Source: the human T2T-CHM13v2.0 reference genome, Homo sapiens. Taken from it: a stretch of DNA of 64,000 nt. Numbering within the stretch: the stretch's first letter is position 1; the number at the start of each line of letters is the position of its first letter. The translations under genes and the position numbers were made by a program. The notes beneath the pieces were generated by a model. It ran no database searches. It saw nothing but the letters and a program-made list of their open reading frames with translations, and was not told the DNA's origin. This document shows positions 33,057 to 48,684 of this stretch, one piece after another. Where the stretch lies: assembly GCF_009914755.1 (NCBI RefSeq), contig NC_060929.1. The stretch is one strand, 5' to 3'.

Positions 33057-33944
33057 TAGATGACTTTAATTCATTGTAAGCTTCAAAAATGGAGCATTTT
33101 CTACAGTTGTCACCATGATTTATACCATATAAAATTATTATTATTGTTTATTGTGACCAGACCTTCATGTATGGTAGGTTTGTCTTCGTTAACGGTTAAG
33201 GAACACATTTTAGATGAGTATTTGTCAAAGTTGGGCCAGAAAGGCTTTCTTTTTAAGAAAGTAATATAGTGCTTCTGAACCTTGCATTCCCATGAATTAC
33301 AGAATTCATACAAATCCACGATTAGGTGCCTTTCTTGAATGCCACCATTCATTTGCTAACCTCTTATCCTTTGTCTCTATTTGCCAATATAATATCTACT
33401 CTTGGAGTCACAGAGTCTTAACTGTCCAGCTAGTTGATTATGTTTTCACTGTATAGTTTGTAGGGAGTATAGGATTACATAGCACAATTTTTTCTTGTAG
33501 GGTTTTGGAAACCCACTCTATATTTGGAGCTGCTCTGGGAAAAATTAAATCAATTTCACAGCACTTATTAATGAAATTATCAAGATTTTATAAGCTTCAT
33601 GATTTTGGTTGCTATACTTTTGCCATTTTATTGCTTGGCATTACTTAGTTACAAGGGAAGATAAAAATGTTGAAATTTAAACCAATTATGAATGCTGGTT
33701 TAAAAAAACATGAAAAGCACTTACAAGGGTGGATTTAACATCATGACAAATTTTCTGTATATTAAAACTTTTGTGTTATCTCTGCCATTGATTATTGTGG
33801 GTGGAGTGCTGGCTACAGTAACTATTCAAAATCTTTAAAATATTGTGGGATCTATAGATCCTACAACTTCTCAAGTTCCACAGTTTTAACTTTATGTGAT
33901 TTCTCACCTTACAATAAATTATGAGGGAGCCCTTTGGAAATGCT

Positions 33945-34650
33945 TTTTACTTTATTTAAATATTTAATCGACAAATAAAAATTGTATATGTTTATGGAGT
34001 ATAGCATGATTTTTGATACATGTGTACATTGTGGAATGGCTAAATCAATCTAATTAACATAGCCACTACCTCATATACTTTTTTGTGTGTATGAGAACAT
34101 TTAAAATCTACTCTCTTGGCAATTTTCAAGTATATAACACATTGTTTTTTTAAAACCGCTGTTAAGTGTATATTTCAGCAGCATTCAGTACATTCCCATC
34201 ATTGTTTAACCATCATCACTATCCAGACATTTTTCACCATACCATACTGAAACTCTACCCATTAAACAATAACTCCCCATTTCGATCTCCCCTGCAACCC
34301 CTAGTAATCTCTTCTATTTTGTTCTATGAATTTGACCGTCTAGGCATTTCAGATAAGTGAAATCATATAGTATTTGTTTTTTTGCTTCTTGCTATTTCAC
34401 TTAGCATAAGTTTTCAAGGTTGATCCACATCGTAGCACAATAGGTGTACAATACGTTATTAACTGTAGTCACTATTGTATACTGTAGATCTCAACTTATT
34501 CCTCATAACTGAAATTTGACCAATACCTCCCCAATTCTTGCCACTTCCCCCAAGTCCCAGGTGCCCACTGTCCTACTCTCAGCTGCTAGAAGTTCAACTT
34601 TTTAAATTCCCCATATAAGAAAGATTATGTAGCCTTTGTCTTTCTGTGCA
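33945..34650 (-). mobile_element. L1MA 3' UTR interrupted at ~34150-34440 by an L1MB-type 3' UTR fragment
   Basis: Host: acaaataaaaattgtata..aaaatctactctcttggcaattttcaagta | ttattaactgtagtcac..; insert: aagtgtat..ctgaaactctacccattaaacaataactcccc..tatgaatttgac. Confidence 0.75.
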
Positions 34651-34874
34651 TTTGATTTTGAGAATTCAATGAATATTCACTGTTATTTCCTTTGCCCTTT
34701 GCTGCTGTTGAATATGTTTACTGGCCTCCATTATTAAAATAGAATTTATAGTGCTTAAAAATTAATATGACTATTATGATTTTTCTTTCTTTGATATTTT
34801 CTGCATGTAGAATATGACTTAAATTTGAATGTTGAAGCATGCTGAATTGGTTAATCACTATGAACCTATTAACC

Positions 34875-34960
34875 CACTGATTCAACAAATACTTGTTGAG
34901 CACTTAATATTGTATGCTTTGGGTACTTTAGGTATGCAAAGATGAAATATTAAAGGATGC
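34875..34960 (-). mobile_element. L2 3' tail fragment
   Basis: attcaacaaatacttgttgagcactta. Confidence 0.6.
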
Positions 34961-35175
34961 AATACAGTGTGCAAAGGCAGAATAATAATCCATGTTGGGA
35001 GAAGTTATACCCCAGGGAAAAGAAGAATTTCCATGGAGAATGCCTCCTGCAAAGGCACAAAAGATAATGTAAATCTAAAAAGCAAAAGATCAAATGTAAT
35101 GTAACAGGTAACGGAAAGAGAGGAAAGGGGAGATGATGGTGCCAGAGAAACAAATTGAGGATAATAGCTACATCA

Positions 35176-36052
<877 letters not shown>

Positions 36053-36099
36053 AGTATTGAAAATGAAAAGAAACAAAAAAAAAAGTTGTGGAATGCTGC

Positions 36100-37500
36100 A
36101 ATAACAATCTCACATACGAAAAACTGTTCCTGAATCAAATAACAGACCAAATGGAAAAACAAACACTCAAAGATGTATTTGAATAAATCTTTTCTGAAAT
36201 GAAGGAAGACTTGTATTATTGTATTGAGGTTTTTAATTTAATTTAAAATTTATCAGCATAGACAATATGGAGTTATTTATGTACCTGTTGCCTGTCAGTG
36301 CCCCAATGAATGATGTATATAGTCCAGACGTTATGTCAGAAGGATCTCACTCCAGAGGCATCTATTGCCAGTGCTTCAGCTAATCACAACTTGATTAACA
36401 CCTGGAACTTTTCTAATTAGCATATTGAATGTCAGAAAAAGGTTTTCATGGAGCACTTAGTAGTTAATTAGTTAACATGTGGAAGGTTAAAAATGGGCTC
36501 TCATTAGTGAAATTAAAAATATTCAAGGTATGTGGGATGGTTAAAATATTTTAAAACACTCTACACTTAGGTGAACAGCATATAAGACTCTAGCAAGTCC
36601 TGTATTCTCTACCTTTGAGGATAACACACAAAGCTTTATCTGTAAACATTCCGGTGTTTAGGTATTGAAAGAAGATTCCTCATTGCCTGATGATAACCAT
36701 ATGGATAAAAGGATCCCATCTCTCAAATATTGTACTATCTTCTTTAAGTAAATTGTCTATGTGTGATTGGGTCACCTAAAAGTACAGAGCACTGGGACTT
36801 CATGTACTTCAAAAGACTGAAATGCTGACTGAAATGTTTTATGCTGGCTTGTTATTTAAACACTGTAAGTGTGGCCTGAACCTTACCTTTGTTAAAATCT
36901 GGTAGTGAGGTTGTAGGGGAATAGCTAATTATTGCTCACTCCAAATATGTGGGAGGCTACTGTTATATATCAAAATAGGCTAAAAATTGTCATGACAAAC
37001 TTGACTTAGACCAACACACAACAATTTAAAACTATAAATTAAAAAGTTATATTCTATTCCAGAAAAAAATGATCCAGGATGATCAGCTTCTGAATGTGTC
37101 CTAATGAAATTGCTGAGCTACAAGAATAAATAATTCCTTGGGAATCTTGGAAAAAAAATCCAGAAGGCAATATATGAGAATGGCAATAGTCATGAGAAGA
37201 AAAAATGAAAGCAATGTCTGCAGAATTAAAAAAAAAAATAGAACGATACAATACTTTTATACATGGTATAATACTTTTTAGTACAATATTTTTTATACTC
37301 AGCCAAGTTGTCATTTATGTAGAAATGAAACAGAAAGACATTCTTGTATATGCTAAGAATTCAGGGAGTAGTTACCATAAGACTGGGGGGCAAAAAGCTT
37401 TATGATTTTTCTGGTGATCTAGAGAGGTATCAAAATAAGAATTATCTCAGAAAATGGAAAACCATTGTAGAAAAGGGTTGGTATTGGATATCAAATTTAT
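36100..37500 (+). mobile_element. Possible very old L1ME/HAL1 ORF1-like fragments
   Basis: Patches such as ttttctgaaatgaaggaagacttg and cagccaagttgtcatttatgt..aagacattctt; discontinuous. Confidence 0.35.
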
Positions 37501-38155
37501 TTAAATTTATACCTAGTACTAAACATCAGTTATAATGGTAGCAGAAATTAGTTTAAGTGTCATAAATATTGAAAGAAAGACTGCACAATGGGTTCGGACA
37601 AATATACCTGAAGTTTTTAATAAAAGTAACGTGCAAAGGACAAATTAAGAGATAATTATATTAAATAGAAAGAAAAAATTATATGATGAATACTTCTTAC
37701 ATATGTATAAATTAAATATTACAGAAAAAGCTATAAAAACAAAGCAGGCAGAAGTAGTAGACAGGAAATTGATGGGCACTGAAGTTGATTCCATATTTTA
37801 CCTGTTGTGAATAGTACTGCAGTAAAAACAAGAATGCAGGTGTCTCGTTGGTACATTGATTGCCTTTCTTTTGGGTATACAGCCAATAGTAGAATTGCAG
37901 GATCATATGGTAATTCTATTTTTAGTTTTCTGAGGAACTACCATTCTGTTTTCCATAGTAGCTGTACTAATTTTCTTTTTCTTAAGATTTTTTTTTTTTT
38001 GGCCACAATCTCAAAATAACTACATTGTGTTTTTCTGTGTGCCAACTCCTGTCTAAGAGCTTTGCAATTATTAACTTACTTATTTCTTGCTATAATTATT
38101 TGAGTTAGGTTGTTCTTATTTTCTTTTTTTTTTTGGTTTGCTTTTAATGTTGAAC

Positions 38156-39677
<1,522 letters not shown>

Positions 39678-39721
39678 TTAGCTGTACTAATTTCCATTCC
39701 CACCGTGTATGAGGGTTCCCC

Positions 39722-40236
39722 TGATGGGAGCAAGCCCCCCCGGAAATCTGGCCATAAACTGGCCCCAAAACTGGCCATAAAGAAAATCTCTGCAGCACTG
39801 TAACATGTTCATAATGGCCCTAACGCCCAAGCTGGAAGGTTGTGGGTTTACGGGAATGAGGGCAAGGAACACTTGGCCCGCCAAGGGCGGAAAACTGCTT
39901 AAAGGCATTCTTAAGCCACAAACAATAGCGTGAGCAATCTGTGCCTTAAGGACATGCTCCTGCTGCAGTTAACTAGCCCAACCTTTTCCTTTAATTTGGT
40001 CCATCCCTTTGTTTCCCATAAGGGATACTTTTAGTTAATCGAATATCTATAGAAACAGTGCTAATGACTGGTTTGCTGTTAATAAATATGTGGGTAAATC
40101 TCTGTTCGGGACTCTCAGCTCTGAAGGCTGTGAGACCCCTGATTTCCCACTTCACACCTCTATATTTCTGTGTGTGTGTCTTTAATTCCTCTAGTGCCGC
40201 TAGGTTAGGGTCTGCCCTACCAAGCTGGTCTCGGCA
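39722..40236 (+). mobile_element. MER9 solo LTR (HERV-K9 / HML-3)
   Basis: tg.tgggagcaagcccccc..atctggccataaactggccccaaaactggccataaa..gctggtctcggca; aataaa at 40081; 6-bp TSD ttcccc/ttaccc. Confidence 0.92.
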
Positions 40237-41291
40237 TTACCCTTTCTCTACATCCTTACAGCAACCATTTTCTCTTTTCAATAAAAGCCATTTTAACAGG
40301 AGTAAAATGGTACCTCATTGTAGTTTTGATTTACATTTTTCCGATGATTCATGCTATTGAGCTTTTTTTCAAATACCTGTTGGCCATTTGTATGTCTTCT
40401 TTGGAGAAATGTTTATTCAGATATTTGTTCATTTTTCAATGGGATTAAAATTTTTTTTTTGCTATTGAGTTGTTTGAGCTCCTTATATATTCTGGTTATT
40501 AATCCCTTGTCACCTGAGTTGTTTGGAAATATTTTCTTCCATTCTGTGGGTTGTCTCTTCACTTTATTGATTGTTTCCTTTGCTGTGCAGAAGTTTTTTT
40601 AGTTTCATATTATCCAATTTGCCCATTTTTACTTTGGTTGTTTGTGCTTTTGAGGTCTTACTCAAGAAATCTTTGCCCAGGCCAATGTCCTGGAATATTT
40701 TTCCAATGTTTCCTTTTAGTAGTTTCATGGTTTCAGGGCTTACATTTAAGTCCATAATCTTTTTTGATTTGATTGTTGTATATGATGAGAGATGAAGTCT
40801 AGTTTCATCCTTCTGCATATGATTATCCAATTTTTCCAGCACCATTAATTGAAAAGACTACCCTTTACCCTATTGTATGTTCTTGGCAACTTTGCCAAAA
40901 ATGACACTTGCACTGCAAATGCCTGGATTTATATCTGAGTTCTCTTTGCTGTTCCATTGGTCTATATGTCTGTTTATATGCCAGTACCATGCTGATTTGG
41001 TTACTATAATTTTGTGGTATGTTTTGAAGTCAGGTAATGTAATGCCTCCAGCTTTGTTCCTTTTGCTTAGGATCACTTTGACTGTCCAAGGTCTTTTGTG
41101 ATTCCATTTAAATTTTAGAATTTTTTTTCTATTTCTGTGAAGTATGTCATTGGTATTTTGATAGAGATTGCGTGGAATCTATACTATAGATTGCTTTGGG
41201 TAGTATAGACAGTATAAAAATATTCTTACAATTCATGGGCATGGAGTACCCTCTCATTTTTTGTGTCTTCTTCAGGTTCTTTCATCAGTGT

Positions 41292-41710
41292 TACGCAAAT
41301 AAACTAGAAAATCTAGAAGAAATGGATAAATTCCTTGACACATACACCCTCCCAAGACTAAACCAGGAAGAAGTTGAATCTCTGAATAGACCAATAACAG
41401 GCTCTGAAATTGTGGCAATAATCAGTAGCTTACCAACCAAAAAGAGTCCAGGACCAAACCAAACACCGTACATTCTCACTCATAGGTGGGAATTGAACAA
41501 TGAGGATACATGGACACAGGAAGGGGAACATCACACTCTGGGGACTGTTGTGGGGTGGGCGGAGAGGGGAGGGGTAGCTTTAGGAGATATACCTAATGCT
41601 AATTGACGAGTAATGGGTGCAGCACACCAACATGGCACATGTATACGTACGTAACTAACCTGCACATTGTGCACATGTACCCAAAAACTTAAAGTATAAT
41701 AATAATAAAA
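41292..41710 (+). mobile_element. Young L1PA2/3 fragment with large internal deletion
   Basis: ORF2 segment ([45 protein letters not shown]) fused to 3' end (cacactctgggg, gtaactaacctgcac, acttaaagtataataataa). Confidence 0.93.
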
Positions 41711-42974
41711 ACATTTCACTTCTTTAAATGTATTCCTAGGTATTTTATATTCTTTATAGCTATTGCAAATGAGATAGCTTTCTTGACTTCTTTTTCGGAT
41801 TGTTTGCTGTTGGCATATATAAATTCTACTAATGTATATTGATCTTGTATCCTGCAAATTTACTGAATTTGGTTATCAGTTCTAACAGTTTTTTTGGTGG
41901 AATCTTTTGTTTTTTCTAAATATAAAATCACATCATCCGTGAATAACGCCAGTCTGACTTCTTCCTTTCTAATGTGAGGAACTGTTATTTATTGCTCCTC
42001 CTTAATTGCTCTGTCCAGGACTTGCAGCATTATGTTGATTAAAAGTGGTGAAAGTGGGCATCCTTGTCTTGTTCCATATCTTACGGGAAAGGATTTCGAT
42101 TTTTCCCCATTCAGTTCATTATTGGCTGTGGATTTGGCATATATGGTATTTATTATTTTGAGGTATCTTCTCTGTATACATAGTTTGTTCAGGGGTTTTT
42201 AAAATCATAAATGGATGGTAAATTTTGTCAGATGTTTTTCACCATCTATTGAGATCATCATATGGTTTCTGTTCTTGGTTCTGTTAATGTAATGTATCAT
42301 GTTTATTGATTTGCATGTGTTGAACTATCCTTGCATCTCTGGAATCAATCCCATTTAATCATGCTGAATTATCTTTTTTATGTGTTATTGAATTTGGTTT
42401 GCTAGTATTTTGTTGAGGATTTTTGCATTTGTGTCCATCAGTGTTATGACCTGTAGTATTCTTTTTCTGTTGTGTCCTTGTCCGGTTTTGGAATCAGAAT
42501 AATGCTGGACTTGTAGAATAAGTCTGGAAATATTCCCTCCTCTTCAATTTTTTTTGACAAGTTTGAGTAGAATTGGTGTTAGTTCCTCTAAATGTTACTA
42601 ATGTTACTATTTGTCACTATCAATTCAGCAGTGAATTCCTCAGGTCCTGGGCTTTTCTTTGGTGGGAGAATTTTTATTATGGCTTTGATCTTGTTACTTG
42701 TTCAGGTTTTCTATTTATTCATGGTTCAATCTTGGTAGATTTTAAGTGTCCAAGAATTTATTTATTCTAGGTTTTCCAATTTGTTTGCACACAGTCTCTA
42801 GTTATTTTTTTGTATATCTAACAATTCTTAGTTGTCTTAGTTGTTATGTCTCCTTTTTTGTTTCTGAGTTTCTTTATTTGGGTCTTCTCCCATTTTTTTT
42901 AACTTAGTCTAGCTAAAGATTTGTTGATTTTATTTTTTCAAAAAATCATTTTTTGTTTCATCATTTGTATTTTT

Positions 42975-43199
<225 letters not shown>

Positions 43200-44442
43200 T
43201 AATTTTGAATTTGGTTGTTCTTGTTTTTCTATTTCCTGAGAAGCATCATCGGGTTGCTTATTTGAGGTCTTCCTACTTTTCTGATGTAGGCATTTGTTTC
43301 TATAAACTTCCCTCTTTGGCTTGTATCCTATTGATTTTGGTGTGTTATATTTCCATTTTCATTTGTTTCAAGAAATTTTTAAATTTCCTTCTTAATTTTT
43401 TCAATGACCTATTGGTCATTCAGGAGCAAGTTGTTTAATTTCCATGTGTTTGTGTAGTTTCCAAGGTTCCTCTTGTTATTGATTTCTAGTTTTATTATAT
43501 TGTGGTTAGAAAAGATACTTGATATAATTTCTAATTTTTAAAATTTGTTGATACTTGTTTTGTGGCCTAACATATAGTCTATGCTGGACAATGTCTCATG
43601 TGCTGATGAAAAGAATGTGTATTTTCAGGCCTGTATCGTTTTCATTGAAAAGTCTGATGCCAGACAAATTAGAGCTTCTTTATATGCTATTTGCTTCTTT
43701 TCTCTTGTTGCTTTTAGGATCCTCTCTTTGTCCTTCACTTTTAAGAGTTTAATTATTATGTACCTTGGGGTAGCCTTATTTGGATCAAATCTGTTTGGTT
43801 TTCTCTGACCTCCCTGTACCTGCATATTCATATGTTTTTCAAGTTTATAAAAGTTTTCTGTTATTTGAATAAGCTTCCTACCCTTGTTCTTGCTCAATTA
43901 TCTCTTGCATACTAAGAATACTTAGGTTTGGTGTTTTGAAGTAATTTTCTATAAATTGTGGGTGATTTTCATTTCTTTTCCTTTTTTTCTTCTCCCCTGA
44001 CTCTGCATTTTCAAATAGCCTGTCTTATAGCTCACTGATTCTGTTTTCTGCTTGATTTATTATGCTGTTGAGAGCCTCTAATGTATTTTCAGGTCAGCAA
44101 ATGTATTTCTCAGTTCTAAGATTTCTGTTTGATTTTTAAAAATTATTTCAATTTCTTTGTTGAATTTCTCTGATAAGTTCCTGAATTGGCTTTCTGTGTT
44201 ATCTTGGAGATCACCAAGTTTCCTTAAAACTACTATTTTAAATTACTGGTCAGAGAGCTTATATATTGCTGTGTCATTAGGATCAGTCACTAGTTCCTGG
44301 CTTTGTCTGTTTGGGAAGGTCATAGTTCTCAGTTTGTTGGTGTTTCTTGTGGATGTACATCTATGTCTTTATTTTGAAGGATTATTTATTCCAGTCTTTT
44401 GCTTCTGGCTTCTTTTGGTTTTCGTTAAGTATCTTCACTTAG

Positions 44443-44817
<375 letters not shown>

Positions 44818-45524
44818 CCCTGCTGCTTCCTTTTGGGCACTAGATGGTGCCTTATGCCCAGGTTTGCCTCAACTCTATTAAAAGATCAGAGTGCTACCTG
44901 TCCCAAATGAGGGAGGTCCCAAAGGGGATATCTGGGCAGTGTGGGAAGGCTGGCTAGGGGTTTGTGCCCAGCGGACCCGTGGGACATACCTCCTATAGCA
45001 CGGTGGTACTGAGCAGGTACTTTGATTTGGCAACTCCTTTGGTTGAGCTACAGTGCAGAGTTTCCAGGGCAGGGGAATGATATTCCAGCATCCCTCCATT
45101 GTCTCTGGCTGTTCTCAGAGATATTTCTCCTTTCAGGTACTCATGATGCTTCCAGTGGGTTGATGCAGGGACAGGTCTCCTGCTAGGGAACCCTAGATGG
45201 TCAGAAAGCTGGTTGTCCACCTCGACCTTATTTTTTCTAGTGTAGAAACCATGAGTTGAGGGAAATTTTCTGTGTGTTTCGTCCTGGGAAGATTGGGAGG
45301 AGGGGTGTCACATATATGGAAGTCGAATTTTTTTAGTATCTTCTCAGAGTTTTTTTCATTTTTCTGTGCCCACCAGGAACTGTCTCATCCTTATATTTGA
45401 GTTCCAGGATATTGCTAGTGGTAATCTTGGTGCTGTGTATTTGTTTCTGGTTTTCTGGGGTTGGGGGAGAGGAGGGAAGCCAGCTTGTTTCTTGGCCACC
45501 ATTTTGGAAACAGAAACAATTTTT

Positions 45525-46960
45525 AAAACAAGGTGGAGAACTTGACCTACCATTTGTCAACACTGAAAGTAGAACATAGTGATTAAGGCAGTGTAATAAG
45601 ATAAATAGGGCACTGAAAAGAATATAGAGTATAGAAACAGCTATATGCAAATATGAAAACTTGGTAGTCTATATGGCATTGCCGAATGATTCAAGAGGTA
45701 ATATTCAGACAATTGGCTACTTATGGGAAGAAAAGACCTATATCTTTATCTTACATGCTACCAATAAATAGATATATTTCAGATAGATTGAAGCCTAAAT
45801 GAGTAAAAGAAAACAATACACATTTGTAAGAATATACAGGAGGATAATTTTATATCAAGTCAATTACTTTTTAACAAGATGCTAATATCATAAATTATGA
45901 AGAAAAAGATTAACATTTTTGGCTGTACTAAGAGTCAAATTTCTTACAACAAAGAAAATCACGAAGTGAAATTTTAAATTATTTGCTAAGGCTTATCATC
46001 CACAATATGTAAATAACTATTTTAAATGAAGAAAAAGACAATTCAGTAACGAAAGGGCAGTATAAGAAAGAGCAAATCCCCAAAAGACTGACTCAATGAA
46101 TCATAAACCTATCAAAAATGCTTAACCTCACTACACTACTCTAGGGAATAGAAATTAAAACAACTAACAAATGTAATTTCACACATATTGAGTTGGCAAA
46201 AAATATGAAAATCATGACAAAACCTAATGTGAGTGATAGTATGAAGAAATAATTTGCTGACACTGCTGGTGGAAATGTAAATTGTTAAAATTGTTTTGAT
46301 GAGGAATTTGTCGAAATCCAATGAAGTTAATATCTATACATCCTATAATGCAGCCATTCTTTGTTTAACTAAATGCCTCAAGAAAGATGGGTACATGTAA
46401 CTACTGGATATTATAAGAATGTTTATTGCTATATTATTTGTAACAGCAAAAGAATTAGAAACTACTTAAATGTTTGTCAGTAGGATAAATAAATGGTCAT
46501 ATATTACAAGAGTGGAGCACTGAAATAAACAAACCACAGCTACTTGTATCGACATGGGTAAAACTCTAAAAATGTAGTACGGTATAAAAAGCAAGTTATT
46601 GGAGAATTATATTACTGTACTATTTACTTAAAGTTAAAAACCCCACATATAAAGGGTGTATAAATAATACTACATGTTTATGGATATACATATAAAGCAA
46701 AAATATAGAAACATGGACTGGAGGGATACATACAAACTTCAGTATAGTGATTAATTTTAGAAAGAGAAGAAATGGAATAGGGTAAGGGAGGGTTAATAGG
46801 CTTTAGATATGGCTTTTTTTCCAGCCAATTTTTTAAAAAGCTTTAAAAATCCCTAGCACTTTTGTCCCTTTACTAGAATTTGGGTGGTGGGTGTATGAAT
46901 GTTTATTCTATTTTTTGTTTATGATGAAATACTTTTTTATCAGCTATTAAAACACATAAA
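45525..46960 (+). mobile_element. Very old L1ME ORF2 3' end + 3' UTR
   Basis: aacaaggtggagaacttgacctacc, gcttaacctcacta, gctggtggaaatgtaaattg, gaatgtttattgc..tttgtaacagcaaa, gactggagggatacatacaaac. Confidence 0.7.
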
Positions 46961-48044
46961 AAAGAATAAATACTCTTGCAAATGTTGATATTACAGAATA
47001 ATTACATGCTGAAGGAAATGTCCAAAGCATCTTTTTCTCCCAAAAAATATCAAACTGCCTCAACATTGTATATTAATGCTTTTCCTACTGAGTTGACGTG
47101 CCACCTATTTTGCATATTTTATTCTTATCTATATTCTCTATTTGTTTTATTGTTATCTTTGTTGCTATGCCAACATCACAATTTCAATGACTATAGGCTA
47201 ATAGTATAGGTCGATTTTTGGTAGAAGAAGTCATGCCCTGTTCCCATCACTTTTCTTTTCAAAAATCTAACATTTCTTGCATACTTGCTTTGCCAGTTGA
47301 CCTTTTAAAATAACTTCCCTATATTATCACCAACATACATGTACTGGAAGGAAGATTTTGATGGCAGACTTGAGTTTTTATATATAATTTTGGGAATTTT
47401 TTATTTTTACAATAATGAATTTTGTCACTTAGCAATCTTGTTCAGGCATGCTTAGATACATGTCTATTTAGGTTATGAGAGTTCAACTTTATGAGGTATT
47501 TTAATAACCCAATTTTGGCTTGTGAGATGTTTCTTCACATTTATGAAGAATAATTTGGATTTTGTGCATATAGAAAGTGCTTATCTTCCCTAAGTGGGAA
47601 CTTCCCTCTGGTGATCTTCACAGATGTATTATTGGCACCTGTTGCGTTAACTTTTTCTCCCAAAGTGTTGGTGGCTTATTTTCGCCATGTGCATTTTTTT
47701 TTTATTGATCTCTTCTGTTTTTATTTTTATGCTTGAAGGTGGCAGGAAAGTACAAAAGGTAAACATTGAGTATCTTATGTATGCTTTGGTAACTACTGAA
47801 ATAATTTTGTGCAGTTAATTTCAGTGTTAATTATACCTATTGGTTTATGAGAGTTTGCCTACAATAGATTTTTCAGAAATGAATAATTCTCCTAAGGTAG
47901 AGGAGGACTGTATATCTCTGCATTTTTGCATTTTTCATTACATATCATTCATTACATTTTATGAATATTCTTGCATAGATTTGTGCTGCATTTATTATTA
48001 GTTTATTTTTATCCCTTTTCATTTAAAACGTTTCTAGGGGCACC

Positions 48045-48260
48045 ACAGTACAGCAGTTATGAATTTGGGCTTGAGTAAGATGGACCTGGGCCCAAATCAG
48101 CCTTGCCACTTTCTAACCATTGATAAGCACATTGTTTAATCTTTCCAAACCTTCTTTATCACATATGTAAGAAAAACCAACTTCCTACAGTTGTTGTGAG
48201 ATTCATTGATTAAAATGGATATAAGACAGCAGAATGTCTGAAGAATAGTAACTATTTTAC
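48045..48260 (+). mobile_element. MIR
   Basis: gacctgggcccaaatc..tgccacttt..tttaatctttccaaacct..cttcctacagttgttgtgagatt. Confidence 0.65.
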
Positions 48261-48623
48261 TCTCTTTGGCTGCTATAATAATATTATTATTTTGTTGATA
48301 TTATTCCAGATTTAATTAAGAGGGAAAGACTGAAAATACAACCGAGGGGTAGGCAAATATTTGATAAAACAATTTTTTTAGGCTCTTTCAGGGAATAATG
48401 GGGTGAAAGAGTTATCCTTGAAAATAAAGAGGCATATATTTTCTTTTGAGGATGAAAGGAGGAGAACAAGATATGAGAAATAGGAAAAGGAAGAAGTCTA
48501 AATGTAAAGATAGTCATATCAGATAATGTTGATGTTCTTTCATTTTTCATCATGAAAGAAACAAGTAATCCACTAACAAAGAATGTGTAAGTGTGGAATT
48601 TGGGGAGCAAGTAGGTTCCTTTA

Positions 48624-48684
48624 TTCATCCATCTGTCCATCCATCTATCCATCCATCCATCCATCCATCCATCCATCCATCCAT
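48624..48684. repeat. (TCCA)n microsatellite
   Basis: About 14 tcca units with two interruptions; explains the [11 protein letters not shown]. Confidence 0.95.
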
